Shown here: piece after piece, positions 10,027 through 19,871 of the stretch
How the letters are laid out: each line of letters opens with the position of its first letter
How positions within the stretch are numbered: position 1 is the first letter of the stretch
Source of the DNA: Bacteroidota bacterium
GTDB taxonomy: Bacteria > Bacteroidota > Bacteroidia > CAILMK01 > JAAYUY01
Length of the DNA: 64,000 nt
Direction: 5' to 3'
Assembly (NCBI GenBank): GCA_016776505.1
Contig: JADHTG010000010.1
Location: 1,727 to 65,726 of the forward strand
The notes under the pieces: generated by a model
What the model was told of the DNA's origin: nothing
What the model saw: only the letters and a program-made list of their open reading frames with translations
Database searches by the model: none
Position numbers and translations under genes: made by a program

Positions 10027-10884
10027 TTGCTCCCAATATATAAAAACAAAATATTATTAACTGATTATATCAGCTCAGTCAGGCAGGCTGAAAAAACAGT
10101 TGGCTTTGTTCCAACCATGGGCGCATTGCACGATGGACATATTTCCTTAATTGAAAAATCATCAGAAGAATCTGATATTACAGTTTGCAGTATTTTCGTT
10201 AATCCCACTCAGTTTAATGAGACATCAGATTTCGAAAAATACCCTCGTATGATTGAAAAGGATATTCAAATTCTTGGGAATACCAATTGCAGTGTTATTT
10301 TTGCGCCGGATTCAAAAGAGATTTATACGGACGAATCAATTGATTTGATAGACATAAAGCTGGGCTATCTTGAACATGAACTCGAAGGGAAATTTCGTCC
10401 TGGGCATTTTAAGGGTGTGGTTTCGGTCGTAAAAAGATTGTTCGACATCGTTCAACCTGATAAAGCATTTTTTGGACAAAAGGATTATCAGCAATTTATG
10501 ATAATAAAAAAAATGGTGGAACATTTCAATTTGAAAACTGAATTGATCTGCTGCCCTGTCATTCGAGAGAAAGATGGTTTAGCGATGAGCTCCAGGAATT
10601 TGAGATTGACACCAAAGGAAAGGGATTTCGCTCCCACAATCTATCAATCTTTAATAGGGGCAAAAGAATTGCTTGGTAAGAGTACAATTAAGGAAATAAA
10701 ATCCTGGGCTGAAAGCTTGCTTTCAAAGAATGATTTAGTTGAATTGGAATATTTTGAAATTAGGAATGCTGAAGATTTAAAACCTGTTAAGGATGTGAAT
10801 GAAGTAAATGAGTTAGCCATATTGGCTGCCTTAAAAGTTGGAAAAGTCAGGTTAATCGACAATATTCTGGTAAAACCACATTGA
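10027..10884 (+). CDS. panC: Pantoate--beta-alanine ligase
   Basis: GFVPTMGALHDGHISLI motif (HIGH-like), PanC length. Confidence 0.9.
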   Translation: MLPIYKNKILLTDYISSVRQAEKTVGFVPTMGALHDGHISLIEKSSEESDITVCSIFVNPTQFNETSDFEKYPRMIEKDIQILGNTNCSVIFAPDSKEIYTDESIDLIDIKLGYLEHELEGKFRPGHFKGVVSVVKRLFDIVQPDKAFFGQKDYQQFMIIKKMVEHFNLKTELICCPVIREKDGLAMSSRNLRLTPKERDFAPTIYQSLIGAKELLGKSTIKEIKSWAESLLSKNDLVELEYFEIRNAEDLKPVKDVNEVNELAILAALKVGKVRLIDNILVKPH

Positions 10885-11235
10885 ATGTATATTGAAGTAT
10901 TAAAATCGAAAATACACCGGGTAAAAGTCACTGAGGCTGATCTCAATTATATAGGAAGCATTACAATTGATCAGGATTATATGGATGCTGTCAACCTGAT
11001 CCCAAATGAAAAAGTCCAGGTATTAAACATCCAGAATGGCGAAAGATTTGAAACCTATACGATCAAAGGGGAAAGAGGCAGCGGAATAATTGGATTAAAT
11101 GGTCCTGCCGCTCACAAAGGAAGTATTGGCGACATCCTGGTAATTGTTTCATATGCAATGGTTGAAGTGGAAAAAGCCCCACAAATTGAACCCAAAATAT
11201 TACTCCCCGAAAACGGTAAATCCACGATCAATTGA
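10885..11235 (+). CDS. panD: Aspartate 1-decarboxylase
   Basis: MYIEVLKSKIHRVKVTEADLNYIGSITID..., 116 aa. Starts at the base after the panC stop. Confidence 0.9.
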   Translation: MYIEVLKSKIHRVKVTEADLNYIGSITIDQDYMDAVNLIPNEKVQVLNIQNGERFETYTIKGERGSGIIGLNGPAAHKGSIGDILVIVSYAMVEVEKAPQIEPKILLPENGKSTIN

Positions 11236-12260
11236 AAAAGCTGCTAGATGTTTTAAAATATATTTTTGTATTGGCCATTGGCGTTTTGCTATTGTGGTTG
11301 GTTTACCGAAACATTGACAAGGAAAATCTAATTAAAGGACTTAAAAATGCGAACTACTACTGGGTGGCCCTTGCTTTATTAATTGCATTAGGAGGTCATT
11401 TAAGCAGGGGACGGAGATGGGCTTTACTCATTGAACCCCTGGGAACAAAAGTATCCACCTGGAGGACTTTCCTGGCTGTTATGTTTGGCTATATGGCCAA
11501 CCTTGCAATTCCCCGCATGGGTGAAATTTCACGCTGCGTGGCACTAAATCGAACGGATAAGATTCCCCTGAACAAGTTGATTGGAACCGTAATAGTGGAA
11601 AGAGGATTTGATTTCATTTCATTGGTCCTGATCACGGTTATTAGCTTTGCAATTGAATTTAAGCTTATAAAAGTCTATCTTTTTCAATCCATTAACTACC
11701 TGAATGACCGCTATGGCAGTTTATTTAGTATGAGCACCTTAATTATTGTCGTCCTTGCAATTATCATAAGCATGATTATTCTGGTATTAATAAAAAATTC
11801 AGAACGGGATTTCAAGAAGCGACCACTCTATATTAAACTAAGAGAAATCGTCAGCGGCTTCTGGACAGGCATCAAAACCATTATTAATTTGGAGCGCAAA
11901 TGGGAGTTTGTTTTTCATACTTTATTAATCTGGTCATCTTATTTTCTAATGACTTACCTGATCTTCTTTGCATTTCAACCCACTGAAAATCTGGGTCCTT
12001 TAGCAGGTTTAATCGTATTGACTATTGGAAGCCTCGGATTTATCCTCCCTGTGCAAGGCGGCGTTGGAACCTATCATTATGCTGCTCAAAAAGCATTGGA
12101 AATATATGGAATTTCACCTGAGGATGGGGCGATTTATGCATTAATTGCACATTCTTCTCAAACTTTGATATTAATAATTGTTGGCGCTCTTGCCTTTTTT
12201 ATTCTTGCTTCAATACAAAAGTCTGTCAGAAATGAATCACTACAAAAAAACAAAGGATAA
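11232..12260 (+). CDS. Flippase-like / lysylphosphatidylglycerol-synthase transmembrane-domain family (UPF0104) membrane protein
   Basis: Polytopic hydrophobic protein. 4-bp overlap with the panD stop. Typical Bacteroidota position after panD. Confidence 0.55.
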   Translation: MKKLLDVLKYIFVLAIGVLLLWLVYRNIDKENLIKGLKNANYYWVALALLIALGGHLSRGRRWALLIEPLGTKVSTWRTFLAVMFGYMANLAIPRMGEISRCVALNRTDKIPLNKLIGTVIVERGFDFISLVLITVISFAIEFKLIKVYLFQSINYLNDRYGSLFSMSTLIIVVLAIIISMIILVLIKNSERDFKKRPLYIKLREIVSGFWTGIKTIINLERKWEFVFHTLLIWSSYFLMTYLIFFAFQPTENLGPLAGLIVLTIGSLGFILPVQGGVGTYHYAAQKALEIYGISPEDGAIYALIAHSSQTLILIIVGALAFFILASIQKSVRNESLQKNKG

Positions 12261-12279
12261 GATTCATAATTGGGAATCC

Positions 12280-12726
12280 ATGTCCTTTTTGCGAAAACAA
12301 TGGAAAAGCAGCGGTCTAAAAGTAGTTTTTACAAATGGCTGCTTCGACTTGATACATCTTGGGCACATTGATTATTTATCTAAATCGGCTGATTTGGGAG
12401 ATAAATTAATCATTGCTGTTAACTCTGACAAGTCAACCAAAAAGCTAAAAGGAGAGCGAAGGCCTTTGCAGGATGAACAATCAAGAATGATGATATTAGC
12501 TTCATTTTCATTTGTCGATGCCGTTGTATTATTTGACGAAGACACTCCTTATAAAATCATACAGGAATTATTACCTGATATCCAGGTGAAAGGAGGAGAC
12601 TATTCTAAAGAGGATGTTGTTGGAGCTGACATTCAAAAACAGCATGGAGGAGAGCTTGTTATTCTGCCTTACCTGGAAGGTTATTCTACCACCGGGATAG
12701 AAAAGAAGATTTTAGGGGAACTCTGA
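12280..12726 (+). CDS. rfaE: D-glycero-beta-D-manno-heptose 1-phosphate adenylyltransferase (RfaE/HldE domain II; cytidylyltransferase-like)
   Basis: KVVFTNGCFDLIHLGHIDYL...IIAVNSD...KGGDY closely matches HldE domain II. ORF opens at 12178 but overlaps the upstream gene; start most likely 12280 (or 12232). Confidence 0.8.
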   Translation: MSFLRKQWKSSGLKVVFTNGCFDLIHLGHIDYLSKSADLGDKLIIAVNSDKSTKKLKGERRPLQDEQSRMMILASFSFVDAVVLFDEDTPYKIIQELLPDIQVKGGDYSKEDVVGADIQKQHGGELVILPYLEGYSTTGIEKKILGEL

Positions 12727-12775
12727 ATCAACGAATTAATCGTTGATTAAAATTTTGTTTGTTTGTAAGAACACT

Positions 12776-13372
12776 TTAAGGACAGATTGCATCAAAATCT
12801 TCTCTTACTCCATTTACTTTTTTAACGACAAAGGCTCCTTTAATTCCTATATCAATTATTTCCCTGCGAAAAGCACAGGCATCTTCGAAATTTTGGAAGC
12901 GGCCTATTAATAATTTAGAAGCACCATTGCTGTACTCCACGTTCATATTTACCAATTGCGAATCGTAGCGGTCAAAATCGAAAGATTTGAAAAAACCGAT
13001 TTGTACTTCATATACTTCTCCGCTTCCATCTTCTGAAAATAAAGGATCCCCGGGCTGAAAACCTGCTGAAGTATCAACTTTCAATAATTCTATGCTATCC
13101 ACTAAGTTTTGAAGTCGCTGGTTATTTTCTTCCAGCAATAATTGCGAAGAGTTTTGCTGGATGTTATGTTTTTCAAAAGAAAAATCCCATTTGCCCTGCC
13201 CCAGGTAAAACTGAAAATAAACAAACAAGCTTAAAGAAGTGAGAAACAAAATAATAAACAATGCCAGCAAAATGTAAAGACCAGGACCTCTTTTTGGAAC
13301 TTCCGGTTCAATAAATTCATCTCCATCCGGATTCTCCACATGTCCATCCAATTCAAAACGTGTTTTTCCCAT
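12776..13372 (-). CDS. Membrane-anchored SPOR-domain protein
   Basis: One TM helix (LYILLALFIILFLTSLSLFVYF), coiled-coil linker, C-terminal SPOR-like block YEVQIGFF...LLIGRFQNFEDACAFRREI...GAFVVKK. Confidence 0.55.
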   Translation of the reverse strand: MGKTRFELDGHVENPDGDEFIEPEVPKRGPGLYILLALFIILFLTSLSLFVYFQFYLGQGKWDFSFEKHNIQQNSSQLLLEENNQRLQNLVDSIELLKVDTSAGFQPGDPLFSEDGSGEVYEVQIGFFKSFDFDRYDSQLVNMNVEYSNGASKLLIGRFQNFEDACAFRREIIDIGIKGAFVVKKVNGVREDFDAICP

Positions 13373-13454
13373 AGCGAATTATTAGATTTTTCAACCCCCT
13401 AAGTTAAAAAGAATATAATCCTCAAAAAATTAATGGATATTATAAAAAACCCTA

Positions 13455-13853
13455 TCATTCAACTACAAATACAATGGCTGTTGGAATTTGCCTGAATCCT
13501 TCCCCGTTCACATATGCAAATATTTCCGACACAATAATCCTGTCCCCGGGCTTCGGATTTTCAATAAACGTCCGCATTTTCAGGCTCAATTCATTTCCGG
13601 TTGTCTCAGCAATTTTCACAGGTCCATCCATTACTGGTTGGACTATAAATCTGAATTTACTGATTTCTGAGATCTCCCTTTTCAGAATGGTGTCAAATAC
13701 ATAAATCCGGTTAAATGCTTTCAATTGATCCGGACTCACCTTAAAACTTGATACTTTTCCCCAATAGGTTTCAACTGTAGTTAGGTCAGCCTGACAAAAT
13801 GCAGCCGACAGGGTGCTAAAAGAAAATAAAAATATAAATATCTGTTTCTTCAT
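13455..13853 (-). CDS. Hypothetical small secreted protein
   Basis: Signal peptide MKKQIFIFLFSFSTLSAAFC at the internal Met. No recognisable domain. Confidence 0.4.
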   Translation of the reverse strand: MKKQIFIFLFSFSTLSAAFCQADLTTVETYWGKVSSFKVSPDQLKAFNRIYVFDTILKREISEISKFRFIVQPVMDGPVKIAETTGNELSLKMRTFIENPKPGDRIIVSEIFAYVNGEGFRQIPTAIVFVVE

Positions 13854-14071
13854 TGATTTTATGGATAAAACTGCTTGAAATGAATCAAGTGAAAACAAAA
13901 GTATTAATTTTGATTAACTTTTAAATCAAGAGTAAATAACAATCAGGGGGATTGATGTGAATAAGTATCTTCACAGACCTTTAAGAAAGAGATTGAAAAT
14001 GGTCTTTATTCATGGTAAAAAAAGATGAATTTCAAAGATAATCAAACGAATTATCAAATTGAAAAATTGAA

Positions 14072-14536
14072 ATGGGGATTGAAATTGAAAGAAAATACTT
14101 GCTTAAAAATGATAGCTGGAAGAAAGATTCTAAAGGGACCTACATTCATCAGGGCTATTTAAACCGATCAGAGGATAGAACTGTAAGAATTAGAATTGCA
14201 GGCAGCAATGCTTATGTCACTATAAAAGGGAAATCTCAGGGGATAAGCAGATCAGAATTTGAATATGAAATTCCAGTTAAAGACGCTCAAACAATGCTGG
14301 ACACACTTTGTGAACAGACTTGCATTGAAAAACACCGATACCAGCAAACTTACGGACAGCATGTTTGGCAAATAGATGAATTTCATGGAGATAACCAGGG
14401 CTTGTTCTTAGCAGAAATTGAACTGTCCATGGAAAATGAAAAGTTTGAAATTCCACCCTGGATTGGTAAAGAAGTGAGCGGAAATCCAAGATATTTTAAT
14501 TCGAACCTTAGCAAACATCCGTTTACAAAATGGTAA
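14072..14536 (+). CDS. CYTH-domain protein (CyaB / thiamine-triphosphatase-like triphosphate tunnel metalloenzyme)
   Basis: N-terminal EIERKYLL (the ExExK CYTH signature), size about 150 aa. Confidence 0.7.
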   Translation: MGIEIERKYLLKNDSWKKDSKGTYIHQGYLNRSEDRTVRIRIAGSNAYVTIKGKSQGISRSEFEYEIPVKDAQTMLDTLCEQTCIEKHRYQQTYGQHVWQIDEFHGDNQGLFLAEIELSMENEKFEIPPWIGKEVSGNPRYFNSNLSKHPFTKW

Positions 14537-14566
14537 TTTTACTTTCTGTCAAGTGAACCTGTAATA

Positions 14567-15373
14567 ATGAGTTTTTTATCTTCAAAAAAGAACTGGGAGG
14601 GTTTTGCACAAAATGATCCATTGTGGTCGATTTGTACAAATCCTTTAAAAAAAGGGGGTAAATGGGATTTGGATGAGTTCTTTGAAATGGGTAAAACAGA
14701 AGTGGATTCCATGATCGGTTTGCTACAGGAAAAGAATTACCTGACAGCTGCTCAACTTAAATGCCTGGATTTTGGCTGTGGAGTGGGGCGATTGAGCAGG
14801 GCTTTATCAAATTACTTTAACGAAGTGGTTGGTTTGGATGTTTCAGCCACCATGATTCAAAAGGCAAAAGAATTCAATAAAGATTTTGCTCAAAAACTAA
14901 GCTTTATTCACAATGAAAGCATTGATCTTTTACCCTTTGATGATAGTAGCTTTGATTTTGTTTTTTCCTCTATCGTTTTACAACATATCCCAAAACCTGC
15001 TTCAATAAACTATATCAATGAATTCACAAGAATTTGTAAACCTGATGGATTAATTGTATTTCAACTGCCGGTCGAAGATATTCGAAAACTATCCTTGCTG
15101 CAACAACTCCAGTCTAAAATAAAGATCCGAGAACGACTCGCCTTGTTAGGTTTGGGTAGCGGTTTTCAGATGGAAATGCATACCATCCCTGAAGAAGAAG
15201 TAATCCGGGTCATTGAATCGGCTAATTGCCAACTATTGGAAATCCTAAATACAAATCATACTGATCCTTCATTTGATGGGGAGATTATTTTTAATCATGA
15301 AACAAACCTTTGCTTTGGTTATATTAGCGAATTATTTATCATTCGAAAAAAAGACGCTTCTACTCAATTTTGA
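14567..15373 (+). CDS. Class I SAM-dependent methyltransferase
   Basis: Motif I LDFGCGVGRLSRAL, then VVGLDVS acidic motif II. Confidence 0.7.
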   Translation: MSFLSSKKNWEGFAQNDPLWSICTNPLKKGGKWDLDEFFEMGKTEVDSMIGLLQEKNYLTAAQLKCLDFGCGVGRLSRALSNYFNEVVGLDVSATMIQKAKEFNKDFAQKLSFIHNESIDLLPFDDSSFDFVFSSIVLQHIPKPASINYINEFTRICKPDGLIVFQLPVEDIRKLSLLQQLQSKIKIRERLALLGLGSGFQMEMHTIPEEEVIRVIESANCQLLEILNTNHTDPSFDGEIIFNHETNLCFGYISELFIIRKKDASTQF

Positions 15374-15393
15374 TTATTTTTCAATTTGTATGC

Positions 15394-18300
15394 ATGAAAA
15401 AAACTATCAGGAAACTGTTAATCCTGCTAAATATATCATTGATCCTAAGCTCATTTCAAGGGATCGGGCAAACCCAAAGTCTTTCACTCAAGTACCGCAG
15501 CCTTCAATCAGAACGCTATGAGATTACGAATCAGAAATATCTTGAAAGCAATTTATTTAATTCAAATTATTATTGCTTGCTCCAATTCAGCCGGATACCG
15601 GATGAAAAGGAACAAATCCTGCTCAGGACAGCAGGAATAAAACTACTTGATTATGTTAAATACAATACTTATGTAGCTTCAATAAGTGAAGAAACCTTAG
15701 ACCATCTGGAACATTTTGATTTTATTTGGTCCGTTCACTCCCTTCTACCTTCGGATAAAATCCATAGGTCTCTACATCAAAATATCCCTCCTTATTCAAT
15801 CTTGAAGGAAGGATTTGTAGATGTTTCCATTAATTGGTTTCCAGGAATAAAACCAGTCCTCATACTTGCTGAAATTCAAAAACTGAACATCCGGCTGCTT
15901 ACTTTTACTCCGAACCTGGGCAACCTGACCGCCCGAATCCCAATAAACCGTGTCCAGGAAATAGGTAAAACCTCCTGGTTGTATTGGATGGAGCCCATTA
16001 ATCATCCATTATCAATTGAAAATCTGCCAGGTAAAACGAATCATCGCTCCAATGTTCTTGCTTCAAATTCAGCAGGTGGCAGAAAGTTAACAGGAAAAGG
16101 TGTTCGGGTGGGAATATGGGATAACGGACAGGTGGGTCAACACATTGATTTAGATTACAGGTTAGCAATTCGTGAAACGGATCAAGCCGTTAAAACTCAT
16201 GCTACCCATTGCAGCGGAACAATCTGCGGTGCAGGTCTTTTAAATGAATTTTATCAAGGGATGTCCACGAAATCACTATTATATTCCTGGGATTTCTATG
16301 GTTGGATTCCGCATGAAATGGATACCGCCCGAATATATGACAGCATCAATGTCACGTCAAATTCCTATGTTTACACCACCAGTTGGGATACATGCAATCA
16401 CAGGGGATATTATGACATCATTAGCTATTTACTTGACAGGTTAGTAACTATTTATCCTGATTTTATGCATGTATATGCAGCAGGAAATTCGCAAAGTCAA
16501 TGTAGCAATGGCGGTTTCCGCACAGTTTCGAGTGGTTTCCAGGCTTCTAAAAATATTATCGTTGTGGGTGCTGTTAATTATATTGACGCAATGAGCGGAT
16601 TTAGCAGTTGGGGACCCATGCGTGACGGCCGCTTAAAGCCTGAAATTACATCCGTAGGAGTGAATGTAAAATCAACACTTCCAAACGACACTTATTCTGG
16701 TAATTCAAGTGGAACATCTATGGCAACACCGGGAGTTGCTGGCACTGTGGCTCAGTTATATGAAAGATTTAAGCAGATTTATGGAAATTATCCAAATGCA
16801 TCTACTCTGAAAGCCATCCTTTGCAACACGGCCCTTGACTTAGGCAATCCCGGTCCGGATTACAAATATGGTTTTGGCAGGATAGATGGATTAAAAGCTG
16901 CAGAGATTATTGAAGAGGAAGATTTTATTGCAGACAGCCTTTCCCATGGTCAGACCCAGTATGACACAATTGTCATCGGGCAAAATGTCAAACAACTGAA
17001 AATAATGATGTGTTATTCAGATTTACCCGCATCACAATACATTGCATTCGATTCAACAACAATAATTAATCATTTAGACTTAAAGGTTTATGATGCAAGT
17101 ATGCAACTTTTTCGGCCATATGTATTGGATCCATTCAATCCGGACAGCCTGGCAAAAGCAGGTACTGACACACTCAATAATATGGAACAGGTCGTTATTG
17201 ACAATCCTTCATCCGGAACTTATTACATAGCAGTGGAAGGCATTTTGATTCCTTCAGGCAAACAAGGCTATAGCATCACATGGGATAAACTAATGGATAG
17301 TGTGGTGGTCACTTATCCAGTTGGGGGAGAAAGCCTGAGCCCGGGGATTACTGAAACAATTCGCTGGAATTCTTTTGGAAATACAGGTTATTTTACCGTG
17401 GAGTTCTCTTCAGATAGTGGTAGCAACTGGCAGACACTAAGTGCTTATGTGCCATCCAACCGCCTGTATTACAACTGGACTGTTCCATCTACCATTTCAA
17501 AAAATTGCCTGATTCGTGTAACAAGCGGAAACAGCCTGACTGGACAAAGCATGTCGGTTTTTTCTATCATGAACCGTCCGGATACCGTATCGGCAAAATC
17601 CTGCAAAAACCAGGTTCATCTTTATTGGAATCCAACGCCATCTGCTGCTTCCTATGATGTGTTTCAGGTACAAAAAGGACAATGGCAGCTACTGGATCAC
17701 GTACAGGACACTTTTTATACCGTTCCCGGGCTTTCTGATACTATAAAACACTACTTTAGTATTCAGGCTTATGATAGTTTTGGAGCTGTAAGCCCAAAAG
17801 CACCTGCACTGGCTATTTTAACAGATTCAACCTTCTTTCCTGCCCAATTTATACTTCAGCCCAAAGGAGATACTATTTGCAATGGGGATGGATTTAGCTT
17901 CATGACTTCTGTTTCAGGCACTGATACTATTTCAAAACAATGGCAGGTCAGCTACGATCAGGGGCAAAGTTGGCAGGATATCGGTGGTGCTACAGATACA
18001 TTTCTAACGTTTTCCTCAGTTTCAGCTCCTATGGATGGCTTTCAATACCGGATGTATATATCAAATTCCTGCCTGGATGTCGTTTTTAGCGAGGAAGTCA
18101 GCTTACGGGTAGCATCAGGGATCTCTGTTTTAAAGAACCCGGAAGATTTAACCGTTTGCTATTCCCAGCCTTTTCATTTCAGCGGCCGTTTCGAAAACTT
18201 AGTTCCCTTTACCATGCAATGGGAATTAAGCCAGAATAATGGCTTCAGTTGGAGTCCCATTAGTGGAAAAACAGACACATTGCTGAATATGAGCGGAAGT

Positions 18301-19842
18301 CCCATTAATTATAACCAGTCATTATTCCGTTTAAAAGCAATTGATCAATGTCTATTTGATACATTTACTTCATCTGCCAGGCTCACGGTTCGTTATCCTT
18401 TAAGTGTGCAGATTTCCAAATCAGCGGATACAATTTGCTACGGGCTCCCTGTTCATCTGCTGGCACAGGCATACGGTGGGGATACACAAAACTACAATTA
18501 CTACTGGAAGGGAAAGAATTCCACAGCTTTTCAAATTACTGATACCCCTCTGGTGAACAGCTGGTATCATGTCAGCTTGTTTGACAGTTGCTCCCTGGGT
18601 CCGGTGTATGATTCCGTTTATATCGTTGTTAGAAATCCATTGTCTGTTAGCATTTCCACTACAGCAGATACTATTTGCTATGGAAATTCAGTCACCTTAA
18701 CTGCTCATCCAGGCGGAGGTGATTCCTATTATAACTATTCCTGGAGCGGCGTAAATCCTTCCACCAAAAGCATTGTAGTCAATCCTGTAGTGAGCAGCAT
18801 GTATTACCTGAATGTAAGCGACAGTTGTAATCAATCAGTAATTGATTCTTTCCTCGTGGTGGTAAAGGCCCCGCTAAAAGTAGCCATCATTGCGAATGAA
18901 GACTCCATTTGCAATGGACAGGAACTACAACTTTTTGCCCTGGCATCCGGGGGAGATAGTAGCGCCTATAAATACAGCTGGAACCAGGGCACTGACAGCA
19001 GTGCAAATTATTCTGATTTTCCCTCATCCGCTTCCAGCTACTCCGTTCAACTCATGGATGATTGCAGTACAGATCCCGCAGAAGATTCCATTGAGATTTA
19101 TGTATATCCTTCCCTGAAGGTTGAACTGCATGTGGCTGGATTTAGCTGTGAGGGTGATCTGTTGGACCTGGAAGCTTTGGCATCCGGTGGAAAAGGAAAT
19201 AACTATCATTACCTATGGTTTCCTGCCTCTGTTGATTCCTCCAAAGTAAGTCTTATCCCAACACAGTCTGATTGGTATAAAATCATACTCAGTGACGAAT
19301 GTAATTCCACACCTGATATGGATTCTGCCTATTCCTTTGTCAACATGCCAAATCCTGGCTGGTCTTTCTCGGCTAAATTACTCACTGTTGATTTTACGGG
19401 AGAAGATTCAATGGCACAATCCTATTTATGGGATTTTGGGGATGGATTTTCGTCCACTGTTCAAAACCCATCTCACCTGTATAGTTCGAAAGGGGAATAT
19501 ATTGTCTGCCTGCAGATCACAGATTCATTGGCTTGTGTTGATTCGAATTGTAAAAAAATCACAGTTTCGGATATCGGGATTAATGCCAGCAAGCATGACG
19601 CTTTAAAGATTTACCCCAATCCGAATAAGGGGGAGTTTGATATACAATTATTAAGAGCAGGACCGATTGATTTTTCCATCCGGATTTTAAACAGCATAGG
19701 TGAAGAAATTTATGTGCAAGATTTTAAATCTTCCATTGGCCATAATTATCATCTCCATATTCCACAAGCTGATAGAGGGTTGCATTTTGTTGAATTGCGA
19801 AGCGGAAATCAAATATTCAGACAAAAATTTATGATTTATTGA
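15394..19842 (+). CDS. S8 family (subtilisin-like) serine peptidase: I9-like propeptide, catalytic domain, beta-sandwich, FN3, Ig-like and SprB repeats, PKD, C-terminal T9SS sorting domain
   Basis: Catalytic triad contexts VGIWDNG (Asp), HATHCSGTI (His), GTSMATPGVAG (Ser). Four SprB-type repeats (ADTICYG...GGD.Y.Y.W). PKD segment YLWDFGDGFSSTVQNPSHLY. C-terminal LKIYPNPNKGEFDIQLL...GLHFVEL. ORF opens at 15370; the signal peptide begins at MKK (15394). Confidence 0.85.
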   Translation: MKKTIRKLLILLNISLILSSFQGIGQTQSLSLKYRSLQSERYEITNQKYLESNLFNSNYYCLLQFSRIPDEKEQILLRTAGIKLLDYVKYNTYVASISEETLDHLEHFDFIWSVHSLLPSDKIHRSLHQNIPPYSILKEGFVDVSINWFPGIKPVLILAEIQKLNIRLLTFTPNLGNLTARIPINRVQEIGKTSWLYWMEPINHPLSIENLPGKTNHRSNVLASNSAGGRKLTGKGVRVGIWDNGQVGQHIDLDYRLAIRETDQAVKTHATHCSGTICGAGLLNEFYQGMSTKSLLYSWDFYGWIPHEMDTARIYDSINVTSNSYVYTTSWDTCNHRGYYDIISYLLDRLVTIYPDFMHVYAAGNSQSQCSNGGFRTVSSGFQASKNIIVVGAVNYIDAMSGFSSWGPMRDGRLKPEITSVGVNVKSTLPNDTYSGNSSGTSMATPGVAGTVAQLYERFKQIYGNYPNASTLKAILCNTALDLGNPGPDYKYGFGRIDGLKAAEIIEEEDFIADSLSHGQTQYDTIVIGQNVKQLKIMMCYSDLPASQYIAFDSTTIINHLDLKVYDASMQLFRPYVLDPFNPDSLAKAGTDTLNNMEQVVIDNPSSGTYYIAVEGILIPSGKQGYSITWDKLMDSVVVTYPVGGESLSPGITETIRWNSFGNTGYFTVEFSSDSGSNWQTLSAYVPSNRLYYNWTVPSTISKNCLIRVTSGNSLTGQSMSVFSIMNRPDTVSAKSCKNQVHLYWNPTPSAASYDVFQVQKGQWQLLDHVQDTFYTVPGLSDTIKHYFSIQAYDSFGAVSPKAPALAILTDSTFFPAQFILQPKGDTICNGDGFSFMTSVSGTDTISKQWQVSYDQGQSWQDIGGATDTFLTFSSVSAPMDGFQYRMYISNSCLDVVFSEEVSLRVASGISVLKNPEDLTVCYSQPFHFSGRFENLVPFTMQWELSQNNGFSWSPISGKTDTLLNMSGSPINYNQSLFRLKAIDQCLFDTFTSSARLTVRYPLSVQISKSADTICYGLPVHLLAQAYGGDTQNYNYYWKGKNSTAFQITDTPLVNSWYHVSLFDSCSLGPVYDSVYIVVRNPLSVSISTTADTICYGNSVTLTAHPGGGDSYYNYSWSGVNPSTKSIVVNPVVSSMYYLNVSDSCNQSVIDSFLVVVKAPLKVAIIANEDSICNGQELQLFALASGGDSSAYKYSWNQGTDSSANYSDFPSSASSYSVQLMDDCSTDPAEDSIEIYVYPSLKVELHVAGFSCEGDLLDLEALASGGKGNNYHYLWFPASVDSSKVSLIPTQSDWYKIILSDECNSTPDMDSAYSFVNMPNPGWSFSAKLLTVDFTGEDSMAQSYLWDFGDGFSSTVQNPSHLYSSKGEYIVCLQITDSLACVDSNCKKITVSDIGINASKHDALKIYPNPNKGEFDIQLLRAGPIDFSIRILNSIGEEIYVQDFKSSIGHNYHLHIPQADRGLHFVELRSGNQIFRQKFMIY

Positions 19843-19871
19843 GTCTTTTTTTATTTTCTGAAAAATCACTT

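Noticed and set aside
12178-12279. Upstream extension of the rfaE-domain-II ORF (start at 12178)
   Set aside because: It would overlap the preceding membrane-protein gene by 83 nt. The conserved domain begins after the internal Met at 12280 (alternative 12232).
18360-19260. Repetitive region inside the S8 gene that might look like a tandem DNA repeat or CRISPR-like array
   Set aside because: The repetition is at protein level only (about 70-aa SprB-type modules with divergent DNA). There are no short identical direct repeats with unique spacers and no cas genes.
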